DNA of 64,000 nt from an uncultured virus (IMG/VR IMGVR_UViG_3300010885_064105) (IMGVR_UViG_3300010885_064105:1-64000); one strand, 5' to 3'; positions 1 to 9,948 are shown, numbered from the stretch's first letter. Program-made: numbers and translations. Notes: generated by a model not told the origin, from the sequence alone.

Positions 1-25
1 TGACCAAAATGCCTAATTATAAATT

Positions 26-33
26 GGTGTATA
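26..33 (+). promoter_or_regulatory. GGTGTATA motif, candidate phage-specific promoter element
   Basis: 48 bp upstream of ATG 74; the same motif recurs at similar spacing at 2654, 12695 and 15830. Confidence 0.5.
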
Positions 34-73
34 TTACTCTAGTAGTTACAACTATCTTTAATTGGAGCTTAAA

Positions 74-400
74 ATGGTAAAACCCGGCTATCGCACCAGT
101 GAGTTTTGGTTCACAATGGTTAGCTTTATTTTTAGTGGTTTGTATCTAATGGGAATTATTGGAGAAAATTCTCAAAAAGAAGATTTGATTCAAGAAACTA
201 GTAAAGGACTAGAAGCTACAATACTTATTATTGGACAATTAACAATACTATTTAAATATATCAAAGGAAGAACAGATCTGAAAAAAACTTGGTGGAGCAC
301 AGCAACTCCAGAAGAAAGAAAAGAAGCAAATAGAAAGAATAGCCAGCCTTTAAGAAAAAAGAGAAAGAAAAATGCAAACCCAAAACTTGTCAGTAAATGA
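74..400 (+). CDS. Holin-like small membrane protein
   Basis: GGAG RBS at 64-67 before ATG 74; N-terminal KPGYRTSEFW motif, two hydrophobic segments, very basic C-tail. Confidence 0.5.
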   Translation: MVKPGYRTSEFWFTMVSFIFSGLYLMGIIGENSQKEDLIQETSKGLEATILIIGQLTILFKYIKGRTDLKKTWWSTATPEERKEANRKNSQPLRKKRKKNANPKLVSK

Positions 401-797
401 TCTTGAAAATTTAGTAGTTAAAGCTAAAGAAATAATTAGAAATGCAAAAGCAGTAGCAATGCCCCAAGCATGGAATGTGCTACAGTTAGCTACAGCAGAA
501 GTTATTCAAAACATAGAAGATAATAATCCCTCCCTTAAAGGGGTTGATAAAAAAACACTTGCTATGACTATGATCTCTAAGTTTTACGATCAAGTATTTA
601 CGATAATAAATTTTCCATTTGTGCCACAAATTTTACAGCCTATTATACAAAGGTATGTTAAACAAATACTCATGCTATTGGTTAGTGCGACAATTGATGC
701 TTTAGTTACCACTTTCAGAAATAGTGGAGTTTTTGTTGATCCAAGTGTTAAGGTTGATCCTGTTGTTGATAATACTCCTCCCGTCTCAGACAAATAA
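372..797 (+). CDS. Hypothetical helical protein
   Basis: 141-aa ORF tightly packed in the operon. Confidence 0.65.
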   Translation: MQTQNLSVNDLENLVVKAKEIIRNAKAVAMPQAWNVLQLATAEVIQNIEDNNPSLKGVDKKTLAMTMISKFYDQVFTIINFPFVPQILQPIIQRYVKQILMLLVSATIDALVTTFRNSGVFVDPSVKVDPVVDNTPPVSDK

Positions 798-808
798 GGA
801 ATAATAAA

Positions 809-1201
809 ATGAATTTTACAGAGAGCTTTCAAGAATTTAGTAGTAAACTGAGCACAACGGATTTGGCTCTTTATGCCGGTGTTGGTCTTGTGTTGTGGGT
901 TTTATTTAAGGATAAACTTAGCCCAATACAAAAACTATTAGCTGGTCTCGTTGAAAAATTCAAAGGTGGTTCTGCTAATACCTCTTTACCAGTAGTAAAT
1001 GTTCCATCAGTTTCTCCAGTAGTCGTTCCCAAAAAGGGTGACTCTGAAGATACATTTTTCAAGTTGGTCGTTTCGTGGAAACAAACCAGAGACTTGGCAG
1101 TACAGAGCGGCTGTTCTGAAGCGGTAAAAGTTGCCGATCAAATGTTTCCGTTTTTAAGTCCTAATGTATGTGGTAAACAAAATGAGGATAAAGTACTATG
1201 A
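809..1201 (+). CDS. Hypothetical membrane-anchored protein
   Basis: AAGGA RBS; TM segment LALYAGVGLVLWVLF; Pro/Val-rich linker. Confidence 0.7.
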   Translation: MNFTESFQEFSSKLSTTDLALYAGVGLVLWVLFKDKLSPIQKLLAGLVEKFKGGSANTSLPVVNVPSVSPVVVPKKGDSEDTFFKLVVSWKQTRDLAVQSGCSEAVKVADQMFPFLSPNVCGKQNEDKVL

Positions 1202-1689
1202 GTCAAAAAAATATATTACTAGGACTAGCTGCTCTACTAATTGTCATCGGTTTACTTAAGCCAGAGTTTTCAAATATTCTTGGCCCAAACAAACCAGCAA
1301 CAGTAGATGTTTTGGAATTATCAGAACCAACAGACCCAGCTGTTAAAAAAGAAGCAGATGATGTTGTTACAGTTCTAAAAGAATCTGGAGCAAAGAGAGA
1401 TGCTAAAAGATTACGAGATTTGTATCTAGATCTAGCAAAGCTTGTTGAGCTTGATGGAGAAAATGAAGTAGTTAAAAGTACAGAAGAAATTCGTCAAGCT
1501 AATAGTTTGGCTGGTGTGATGCTTAGACTAGATATTAAGGGTAAGTATCCTGATCTAGCTAAAGAAACAAAAGAAGTAGTAGTTGCTTCTATCGGTGATG
1601 ATCAAATTCTTTTATCTAAAGAGCTAAGAGCTAAGGCCGTAGAAGGTTTTAATGCTTTAGCTTGGGCTTGTAATACGGGGTCAAAATAA
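1198..1689 (+). CDS. Hypothetical exported or membrane-anchored protein
   Basis: ATGA overlap; N-terminal signal/anchor NILLGLAALLIVIGLL followed by a helical domain. Confidence 0.7.
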   Translation: MSQKNILLGLAALLIVIGLLKPEFSNILGPNKPATVDVLELSEPTDPAVKKEADDVVTVLKESGAKRDAKRLRDLYLDLAKLVELDGENEVVKSTEEIRQANSLAGVMLRLDIKGKYPDLAKETKEVVVASIGDDQILLSKELRAKAVEGFNALAWACNTGSK

Positions 1690-2615
1690 TGCCAAGACTC
1701 TCTCCTAAAGAACTATATGATATGTATCGTGGTGGTTATAGCGGCTGTCGATTTGAGCAGCACGTTTATGATCACCTAATGGAAACATCCAAGTATCCAC
1801 TATTTGGAGATGCTAGTAAAAAAATTAAAAATTCAGGCAAAGGTAAACTTTCAACACCATACAAGAGTGTGTTACGATTTGAGAAGAATCCTTATAATGA
1901 AAGACAAACTGTCGGAGATTGCGTGAGTCATGGAACAAGAAATGCTTGTGATATTACCCGAGCAGTAGAAATTGATATTGGTAATGAGAGAGAGGATTGG
2001 ATAACAAAAGGAGCAACAGAAGCTATTTATGGAGCAAGAGGTTTTTCTGGAGAAGGAATGAGTTGTGCCAGAGCTGCTGAGTTTGTTAGCAAGATTGGCG
2101 GAATTGTTCTTAGAAAGAATTATCCAGGAGTTGCCGACTTCAGCAAATATAATGGCAATCTAGGCGCTGGTTGGGGAGGTAGAGGACTTCCAGATAAAGT
2201 ATTAGATTTAGCCAACGATCATCAAATTAAAACTGCTTCATTAATAAGAACAGTAGAAGAAGCACGAGACGCTCTTGCTAATGGTTATGGTTTAGCAGTA
2301 TGCTCTAATTATGGATTTAGTAACACTAGAGATAAAAAGGGATTTGCTAGAACATCAGGTAGCTGGGGACATTGCATGGCTTGGATAGCATGTGATGACA
2401 CTGGTAGTGAGCCAGCGTTTTTAGTCCAAAATAGTTGGGGCAAATGGAATGACGGTGGACATCCAGAATGGGGTCCAATTCCAGACGGCTCATTTTTAAT
2501 TCATGCTGATGTTGCTGCTGGAATGCTAGCAATGAATGGGTCATATACATTTAGCGGTTTTGATGGTTTTCCTCTACAAAAATTACCAAGCTACGGATTT
2601 GAAGACTATCTCTAA
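1689..2615 (+). CDS. Papain-like (C1 family) cysteine peptidase
   Basis: Oxyanion Gln and catalytic Cys in QTVGDCVSHG; His in WGHCM; Asn in VQNSWG. Confidence 0.85.
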   Translation: MPRLSPKELYDMYRGGYSGCRFEQHVYDHLMETSKYPLFGDASKKIKNSGKGKLSTPYKSVLRFEKNPYNERQTVGDCVSHGTRNACDITRAVEIDIGNEREDWITKGATEAIYGARGFSGEGMSCARAAEFVSKIGGIVLRKNYPGVADFSKYNGNLGAGWGGRGLPDKVLDLANDHQIKTASLIRTVEEARDALANGYGLAVCSNYGFSNTRDKKGFARTSGSWGHCMAWIACDDTGSEPAFLVQNSWGKWNDGGHPEWGPIPDGSFLIHADVAAGMLAMNGSYTFSGFDGFPLQKLPSYGFEDYL

Positions 2616-2653
2616 AATTCGCAATTAGCTATTTTAAAAGCTGCTCTCTATTA

Positions 2654-2661
2654 GGTGTATA
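2654..2661 (+). promoter_or_regulatory. GGTGTATA motif, candidate phage-specific promoter element
   Basis: Intergenic, 45 bp upstream of ATG 2699. Confidence 0.5.
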
Positions 2662-2698
2662 TATTTATATATCTAAATTCCTTCTATGGAATAATTTT

Positions 2699-2926
2699 AT
2701 GAATCTAAGAGAACGACTAGAATTAAGAGCAGTTATCAATATGATAATTGGTGTTATTGAAACCTTAGCTAGACTATTTACTAAGGCTAAAGAAAAATTT
2801 GGACCAAAACCTAAAGTAGATACTCCAGATTCTCCAGTTAAACCCAATAGACCACGACCGCTAAAAAGAATTGTGGACACTATTGATAATGTTATACCTT
2901 TTCCATGGAGAGATAAAAATGAATAA
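2699..2926 (+). CDS. Hypothetical small protein with Pro-rich C-terminus
   Basis: 75-aa ORF; amphipathic N-terminal helix; PKPK..PNRPRP segment. Confidence 0.6.
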   Translation: MNLRERLELRAVINMIIGVIETLARLFTKAKEKFGPKPKVDTPDSPVKPNRPRPLKRIVDTIDNVIPFPWRDKNE

Positions 2927-3269
2927 ATTATTTGTTGGTTTATTTTGTGTTGGCCTGCTGTTTACTCAGTCTCACTACTATGGCTCAACAACGGCTCCTG
3001 TAACTCTTGCTGGTGGCATTATTAAAGCAAAGCATGTACAGCAAGCTACCCAAAAGTATAAAAGAAAAGACTGTCCCGTTTGCAAGGGTAAAGGCTGGTA
3101 TATGAGTGGTGATGGTATATTAAAAATTGATTGCACATATTGTGAAGCAGACAAAGGGTCTGTGTCGGTAGGGCCGATTAAATCAATCACTCCAGTAATC
3201 CCCAAAATCCAAACTGCTCCAATAAATTGTCCAGATGGCCAATGTCCAATCAAAACATCAAGGAGATAA
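2919..3269 (+). CDS. Secreted protein with CxxCxGxG...CxxC zinc finger
   Basis: GGAG RBS before ATG 2919; signal peptide; CPVCKGKG, CTYC and C-terminal CPDGQCP. Confidence 0.7.
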   Translation: MNKLFVGLFCVGLLFTQSHYYGSTTAPVTLAGGIIKAKHVQQATQKYKRKDCPVCKGKGWYMSGDGILKIDCTYCEADKGSVSVGPIKSITPVIPKIQTAPINCPDGQCPIKTSRR

Positions 3270-3274
3270 ATACT

Positions 3275-3673
3275 ATGGCCGATAATGAAAAACTCAAAGC
3301 TATAGCTATTAAAATTTTAGAAAAATCTACTATATCTAAAGATAATATGTATGGATTTGCTATCGTGACTATTTTAATGATAATTAGTATTATATTAACT
3401 TGTGTGAGAATATTACAAGAATGCAATAAAAATAAATTAACATCTCAGTCTACAGCAGAAGATAAATATTCAATGTATGGCGAACAACTTCATACTTTTA
3501 GTGAGCGCAAAGGTTGGTTTACTAAGATGAGAATTAAAAAAATTCTTCGTAGAGAAATGAAAAAAGAAGATTATAATAAGTATTCATTAAGTATTTTGAA
3601 TGCTTTATTAGAAACAGGAGAAACTCTCACGGATGATGACGTTAAAACTTTAGTGGAGGCGGCAAATGTTTAA
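3275..3673 (+). CDS. Hypothetical single-TM protein
   Basis: AGGAG RBS before ATG 3275; TM FAIVTILMIISIILTCV. Confidence 0.7.
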   Translation: MADNEKLKAIAIKILEKSTISKDNMYGFAIVTILMIISIILTCVRILQECNKNKLTSQSTAEDKYSMYGEQLHTFSERKGWFTKMRIKKILRREMKKEDYNKYSLSILNALLETGETLTDDDVKTLVEAANV

Positions 3674-3914
3674 TTTATTAGTGTGGTGTGTTTATGGTTT
3701 GTTAGTTGGCTCAATAGCTAAAAGTTTGATTCCGGGTGAAGAAAATTTTGGATTTTGGAAAACGATAATTTTAGGAGTAGCTGGCTCATACTGTGGAGGA
3801 GCATTATCTTATATGCTTGGTTTTAATACTGTATTAGAGCCTAGTGGAATTTTCTTAGGAATTACTGGATCTTCATTAACTATTATTTTATACAATAAAC
3901 TTACCGAAAAATAA
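3666..3914 (+). CDS. GlsB/YeaQ/YmgE (transglycosylase-associated) membrane protein
   Basis: 82 aa, three TMs, GLLVGSIAKSLIPG...TIILGVAGSYCGG pattern; GGAGG RBS. Confidence 0.8.
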   Translation: MFNLLVWCVYGLLVGSIAKSLIPGEENFGFWKTIILGVAGSYCGGALSYMLGFNTVLEPSGIFLGITGSSLTIILYNKLTEK

Positions 3915-3921
3915 ATAAAAT

Positions 3922-5697
3922 ATGTTGTCTCCACAGGAATTATACTATTCATATAGTAATAATATATGTTTTGATAGTTATATAATAAATGGAACTTCGG
4001 GAATACCAACTAAAACAGCATATGGTACTCCCTATGATTTGCCCAGACTTATCCGTTTTTTGAGACATTTAAAATATCCATGTCTAGAAGGCGCCCCTTT
4101 TGTAGATATTGAACCTTCTGTTAATGCTAGTGGAATCAAAAATACAGGGTCAGGGAAATTAGGATTACCATTCAAATTTTTAAACAGAATGGATGCTGAA
4201 GCTTTTACAGAAATCCAAACTACGGTTGATGGAGGAACAGCTCATGCCATAAGGAACGCTTGCGATATATCGAGAGCTTGCCAAATAGAAAGCACTAAAA
4301 GCTATGGTAGCTGGGAGAGTCGTATGGCTACAGAGTATTTACAACACTTTTGTGGTTCTTCGTTACCAGATTGTTTACTCATGCTTGGTCCAGATTTGGT
4401 TTCGGAAAGTACTGCTCAAAACTTACAGATTCCGGGTTGTTCATATACTGCAACCGACGGGAATACTATCAGTTTTAATTGTATAGATAATCCTCAGTAT
4501 GGAGCTGCTGGAGCATTTTTTTCATGCATAAAAAAACCAGATGAAACCTCAGCAAAATGCAGAAGTTGTGTAGAATGCGATCCATTACTACCTACTTCTC
4601 CTTGTTGTTCAGCTACTACTTGTGTAGATAAATTAGAAATATGTTGTGGTGCCCCTAGAACAAGTAGATTTGATTTTAAATATTTAGTACCAACTGATGA
4701 TTTATATTTTGCCGGAAACATTACTAGTGGATTTAGAGACGAAATATTGAAACATATTGGAATTATTAAAAGAAAAAATTATGGAGCATATGGTAGTTTT
4801 GTTGATTATTCAGGATCAACCTTCTATGGCTGTAGAGATGAGATATTTTTAAATTACTTTAAAGGCATAAATAATTATGATTATGATCAGGATATTCCTA
4901 AATCTCCGTCTGGAGGAATAGATAGATGTCAAACGATTTCTTTAATTGGAGGAGATGGAGATAATAGAGTTAGTAGAGTCAAAGATTTATTATATAATGG
5001 ATATGGTGTTTTACTTATGACAAATGTTGGTTTTCCTAATACTAGGGATTCTACTGGTTTGTCATATCCTGATAGAATATGGTATCATTCATTAGCGATT
5101 ATTGGATATGATGATACAAAAATTGAATTTCCAGAATGTGTTTATTTAGTCGCTAATAGCTGGGGAAATTGGAATAGCGGAGGATCACCAAATTGGGGCC
5201 CTATTCCTCAAGGATCTTTTTTAATTACTGAGAATCATCTAAAAAGCATAACAGTATTTAATCATAGTCCAAGTTTTATTAAGTGTAAAACTAAAAAATG
5301 TATTGATGCAATATATAAGGGTTTGGGCTTGCTTCCTTATAGCGGCTTAAGCTTAGATTCAGGAAAAATATTAGCAGGAGCAGATATTGCTAGTTTAATG
5401 GCTGCAGCTGGTGCAATATCATCAAATTTTCCTAATGTTTTATTAAGTAGTACCTTTGTGGATAATAGCTCCCCTTGCAATGATCCTGCTATTAGTGAAC
5501 AATATAAAGGATGTACAGATGAGGGTAGTTGTGTTCCATTTGAGTGTGGCAAATACCAGAGAGCATTCGGTCTATTATTTGGACTATCTACAGTTAGTGG
5601 TTTTCCCAGACAATACTTAGACTACAAACCATTTTATCCGATTAATACATATAAAAAGTTTAATATGGGCGCTAGGTATTTTAATACAGGAACCTAA
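3922..5697 (+). CDS. Papain-like paralogue lacking the catalytic Cys, with Cys-rich insertions
   Basis: Colinear with 1689-2615 (GxGKL, RNACDIxRA, GFxNTRD, NSWGxWNxGGxPxWGPIPxGSFLI); the DCVSH motif reads GGTAH. Confidence 0.75.
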   Translation: MLSPQELYYSYSNNICFDSYIINGTSGIPTKTAYGTPYDLPRLIRFLRHLKYPCLEGAPFVDIEPSVNASGIKNTGSGKLGLPFKFLNRMDAEAFTEIQTTVDGGTAHAIRNACDISRACQIESTKSYGSWESRMATEYLQHFCGSSLPDCLLMLGPDLVSESTAQNLQIPGCSYTATDGNTISFNCIDNPQYGAAGAFFSCIKKPDETSAKCRSCVECDPLLPTSPCCSATTCVDKLEICCGAPRTSRFDFKYLVPTDDLYFAGNITSGFRDEILKHIGIIKRKNYGAYGSFVDYSGSTFYGCRDEIFLNYFKGINNYDYDQDIPKSPSGGIDRCQTISLIGGDGDNRVSRVKDLLYNGYGVLLMTNVGFPNTRDSTGLSYPDRIWYHSLAIIGYDDTKIEFPECVYLVANSWGNWNSGGSPNWGPIPQGSFLITENHLKSITVFNHSPSFIKCKTKKCIDAIYKGLGLLPYSGLSLDSGKILAGADIASLMAAAGAISSNFPNVLLSSTFVDNSSPCNDPAISEQYKGCTDEGSCVPFECGKYQRAFGLLFGLSTVSGFPRQYLDYKPFYPINTYKKFNMGARYFNTGT

Positions 5698-5699
5698 TT

Positions 5700-8600
5700 A
5701 TGTCTAATGACTGGTGTGATCCTGCCTCTTGGTTTTATGATTCTGGAAACCTTAAGCCCGCTAATAGTATTCCGCAAAATACCAATGATATATATGTTGA
5801 CAATAATCTATCACTAGATCTTGCAACAATAAATTGCATTGATAAAATATCTTATTTAAAATGTGAAAATCTATCGTTATCTACTTCATCAGGAACTGGA
5901 AATTTTATTGTCGGATTTTTAAATGCAAAAAATGTATCCTTAAATAAATGTAACATAACAAATTATATAGATGAAAAAAATCCCTTTAGTTTGTATACTA
6001 TTGATAGTTTAAGTCTTACAGATTCTAAAGTACATAGCATAGCTTTTGATATAGCAGAAAAAATTTCAGGAGTATCTAGCCTTGTAAAAGATTGCTTATT
6101 CTTATCAGATGGTCTTAATTTATATTTTGAAGATAGTATTTTAGAAGGATTGCCTTCTCTAGACTTTCCTTATAGTGATGATTTAAGGAGCAAACTAAAA
6201 TTATCTGCTGGCACATTAATAAAATCTCAAATTCAAGATTTTATCATAGAAAGTGATAGCGAATTGGATATTTATCTATACAGTAATATTCAAAAATGTC
6301 AAATAAAAAGTGATGTTAAATTTAGAAATAGATCATATCATTTAAATCCTTCAATAATAAATGGAAATTGTGAGTTTTGGGATAGTTGTAAAAATTATGG
6401 AACAATCAACGGGAATGTTATTTTTCATGGTGGAGCAGCAATAAATTATGGAACAGTAAAAAAAGCAATTTTTGATAATGGAGGAGATAATTATGGAACT
6501 ATTGAGGAGGCTGAATTTTATGGAAATGGTACTAACTATGGAAATGTAGGCAAAGCTACATTTTATAATGATAGTATTAATTTAGGAAATGTTGGCTATG
6601 CAATATTTAAAGGCTCAGGATGTTACAATGAAGGCAAAGTTTATGAACAAGCTATATTTTTTACTTCCGGAAGCTACAATAATGGAGTAGCATATAATGC
6701 TATTTTTAATTCTGGAACATTCAATGATAAAGGTGGTATAGTATTAGGATCATCATGTTCTTTGGATGGTGCTGAAAATAAAGGAACTATTAATGTTGAG
6801 AATACAATAACCCTAAATAATTCTTATGTTTATGTTGACAGCAGTTCTATTATTTCTAATAGTGGAAATGTTGTTCTTAAAGGTTCTTCAGGAAGCTCAT
6901 ACATTTATGCTTATAAGTCTATATTATTAGATAAAAGTTATATTAGAGGAGAATTATCTTCCCCTGGTTTAGTTACAGTTAAAAATAATAGCCATATAGC
7001 AGCAGTAGTCTGGGATGTTGTTTTTTATGATTCAAGTTTTGCTGATGGTAGTACGATAATAAATATTGGTAATTTTTATAATGATTCTTATTTAATAAGT
7101 AGTAGCTGTAGATCTGGTATTTTTAATGATAATTCTGCAAATTATAGCACAGTAAGACATGGTGTCTTTAACAATAATTCAAAGAATTCCGGAGTAGGGA
7201 TGGTCTTTGATGCATTGTTTTATAATAATTCAAATAACCAAGCATCATGTACTACTGGGTTATTCTATAATAATTCACTCAATGGCCATTTTGGAAATGG
7301 CAACTATTTAACATTTTATGACAATTCAATTAATGCTGGAATCTCTTCAACAAGAATACTTTTTAGTGGAAATTCTTCAAATACAGGAGAAATAAATAAT
7401 GGTGCTATGTTTACAGAAAATAGTATTAATAATGGAAGAGTTAATATTGCACATTTATTAGATAATGCTAAAAATAATGGATATATAGGATCAGGTTATT
7501 TAAATAATAAAACTATTAATAATGGAAGAATTTTTTCAGCTTTTTTACGCAATGAATCAGTTAATGACAAAGGATTTGTGTCGAAAGGTTTTTTTGATGA
7601 TTCATCTAAAAACAACGGGTTTGTTGAAAGTGGGCGCTTTTATGGGTATTCATCGAATGATACAAAAGGCTTTGTTCAGTATGGATTATTTTATAATGAA
7701 AGCATTAATAAAGGAAAAATTATAGATGGAAATTTCTATGACTTATCTACGAACAACTCACTATTTAGTCCATATCATATAACTTTTTATGATCATAGTT
7801 CAAATATAGGTAATATAAATATTAATAACAATTTAAAATTTGATGATAAAACATTTACAGTAGCAATATATAGTGGACAATATCCTGTTTTTGTTGGATC
7901 TAATGAGCAATTCTTATCAGACTTTTTTTGTAATACAGATCATTTTTCTCCATATTGTATTTTCAATTATAAAATAGAATTCAAAGACTATTCTATAAAT
8001 AGAGGCAACTTAAGAGGCTATCGTGATTATATTTTTAATGATAATTCTAAAAACTTTGGACAGTTATTTTCATATAATATAATCCCAAATCATGCTACAA
8101 TTGCTTACTTTTCGGAAAATAGTATTAATTGTGCTAATATACCAAAAGGTAAAATTATTTTTTCAAACGGCGCAATTAATTCTGGAAATATATCATTTGG
8201 TGAATTTTTAAATAGTTCTATAAATTATGGTAATATTAATAGTTATAGTTTGCCTGATACTAATATTTATTCAAATTTTACGCCATGTTATACTATACCA
8301 AATACTAATACTTTATATTTTTACAATGCTTCTATTAATTATGGCCAAATATTATTAAGTAATGGAATGACCCTAAATGGAGAAGATCATAAAATTAAAG
8401 CAGTATTTGATTATGCTATTAATGTTGGAAATATAGCAGGAAGCGCGATATTTAATCATTGTATAAATTCTGGATTTGTGATGAAAAATAGTCAATTTAA
8501 TGATTCCATAAATTATGGAACAATTGGAGGCAACGGATATTTTGTTTCTGGAATTAACTATGGAACTATAAGAGGTTCTGGTAGTTTTCTATCAAATAGT

Positions 8601-9407
8601 ATAAACTATGGAAAAGTAATAAATAATTCATATCTATACAACTCTAAAAATATTTCTGGAATTATTAATGGAATAACATATTTATATGATAATAGTATTA
8701 ATAGTGGAAATTTAACAAATAGCGGATTATTTTATAATAATAGTTTGAACTTTGGAGATATCAAAGGAGGAGCTATGTTTTCTGATGGATCAAAAAATTT
8801 AGCTGGAGTAGTAGGCAAGCAAGCTATTTTTAAAAGCCAATCCTACAATTATGGATTAGTTATTGGATCTGGATATTTCAATAATTCATATAATCAGGGT
8901 TATATACAAGGAGATGCTACTTTTACAAATGCGTCTTATAATGGTATGGATGATGTAAGTTTGAGTAATTATTTAGACATCAACAATCAAGCCTCAATTG
9001 ATTCTATAATGAGTAATGATAATCTTCGTAATGTCGGCAATGGATATGTATCAAAAAATGTAATACTGGAATCTGGTGGTCAAAATTATGGTCTTATCGG
9101 TGGAAATGTATATAATAATATGGGTTATAATTGTGGATATGTATTAGGTACAGGATCTTTGGTTGGTATTGACTACTCAACTGAATGTACTCTAAATGAA
9201 CGGGAATGGGAAGAGACATATTATCCTACACGACCCGTAACTGTATCAAGATATTTTAATATTAATAATGATTATTATTTTTTTGATGACGGTTACTGGC
9301 GATGGGTTTCTCCCAATAAATTTGAAGCAGATCGTCGAGCCACTGTAGATATCAGTTATTTTAATTCAAAATTAGAAAGCCTTCAGTCAGGAATACCGAC
9401 TGCTTGA
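5700..9407 (+). CDS. Large Asn/Gly-rich repeat protein (probable beta-solenoid, possibly virion-associated)
   Basis: 1235 aa with dozens of imperfect 15-17 aa repeats F-x-(D/N)-x-S-x-N-x-G-x-(V/I). Confidence 0.7.
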   Translation: MSNDWCDPASWFYDSGNLKPANSIPQNTNDIYVDNNLSLDLATINCIDKISYLKCENLSLSTSSGTGNFIVGFLNAKNVSLNKCNITNYIDEKNPFSLYTIDSLSLTDSKVHSIAFDIAEKISGVSSLVKDCLFLSDGLNLYFEDSILEGLPSLDFPYSDDLRSKLKLSAGTLIKSQIQDFIIESDSELDIYLYSNIQKCQIKSDVKFRNRSYHLNPSIINGNCEFWDSCKNYGTINGNVIFHGGAAINYGTVKKAIFDNGGDNYGTIEEAEFYGNGTNYGNVGKATFYNDSINLGNVGYAIFKGSGCYNEGKVYEQAIFFTSGSYNNGVAYNAIFNSGTFNDKGGIVLGSSCSLDGAENKGTINVENTITLNNSYVYVDSSSIISNSGNVVLKGSSGSSYIYAYKSILLDKSYIRGELSSPGLVTVKNNSHIAAVVWDVVFYDSSFADGSTIINIGNFYNDSYLISSSCRSGIFNDNSANYSTVRHGVFNNNSKNSGVGMVFDALFYNNSNNQASCTTGLFYNNSLNGHFGNGNYLTFYDNSINAGISSTRILFSGNSSNTGEINNGAMFTENSINNGRVNIAHLLDNAKNNGYIGSGYLNNKTINNGRIFSAFLRNESVNDKGFVSKGFFDDSSKNNGFVESGRFYGYSSNDTKGFVQYGLFYNESINKGKIIDGNFYDLSTNNSLFSPYHITFYDHSSNIGNININNNLKFDDKTFTVAIYSGQYPVFVGSNEQFLSDFFCNTDHFSPYCIFNYKIEFKDYSINRGNLRGYRDYIFNDNSKNFGQLFSYNIIPNHATIAYFSENSINCANIPKGKIIFSNGAINSGNISFGEFLNSSINYGNINSYSLPDTNIYSNFTPCYTIPNTNTLYFYNASINYGQILLSNGMTLNGEDHKIKAVFDYAINVGNIAGSAIFNHCINSGFVMKNSQFNDSINYGTIGGNGYFVSGINYGTIRGSGSFLSNSINYGKVINNSYLYNSKNISGIINGITYLYDNSINSGNLTNSGLFYNNSLNFGDIKGGAMFSDGSKNLAGVVGKQAIFKSQSYNYGLVIGSGYFNNSYNQGYIQGDATFTNASYNGMDDVSLSNYLDINNQASIDSIMSNDNLRNVGNGYVSKNVILESGGQNYGLIGGNVYNNMGYNCGYVLGTGSLVGIDYSTECTLNEREWEETYYPTRPVTVSRYFNINNDYYFFDDGYWRWVSPNKFEADRRATVDISYFNSKLESLQSGIPTA

Positions 9408-9435
9408 TAATTGTAGTCAGGTGTTAATACAAATC

Positions 9436-9463
9436 TTGACATTCTAACTCGATTTCCTATCAT
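9436..9463 (+). promoter_or_regulatory. Sigma70-like promoter, probably leaderless
   Basis: TTGACA(9436)-N16-TATCAT(9458); ATG 9469 lies 5 bp downstream, no RBS. Confidence 0.5.
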
Positions 9464-9468
9464 AGCTC

Positions 9469-9948
9469 ATGAGACCATCTTGGGACGAATACTTCTTGAC
9501 TCTGGCTTTTACCGTATCAATACGGTCAGAAGATCCAGATATTAAGCACGGAGCAGTGCTAGTTAATAGGTATAATCAGATTATCGGCACAGGATACAAT
9601 GGTCCAATCAAAGGATCCGTCAATGACTTTATTCCTTTGCATATCAGAGACGAAAAAAGAAAATGGATGATACATGCAGAAGAAAATTGTATACTGAATA
9701 CTACCCAAAATCCATCTGAAAGAGGTGACGGGTGTAGGATTTATATAACGGGCATTCCTTGCAATAACTGTCTTCAGCGTATTATAAATTTTGGAGTCAA
9801 TGAAATTATCATAGCAGATAGAATGGGTTCTATCACCGAAAATGAAGAAACAGGAAAAATGAGAGAAATTTTAATTTCAATGTCAAAAACTAATGTTAAA
9901 AAAATTCCAATGGATAACCTATGGCTACAAAGGTTTAGTATTATATGA
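9469..9948 (+). CDS. dCMP deaminase (ComEB-like)
   Basis: RPSWDEYF, RSED, GYNG, HAEEN, PCNNC zinc motifs. Confidence 0.92.
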   Translation: MRPSWDEYFLTLAFTVSIRSEDPDIKHGAVLVNRYNQIIGTGYNGPIKGSVNDFIPLHIRDEKRKWMIHAEENCILNTTQNPSERGDGCRIYITGIPCNNCLQRIINFGVNEIIIADRMGSITENEETGKMREILISMSKTNVKKIPMDNLWLQRFSII

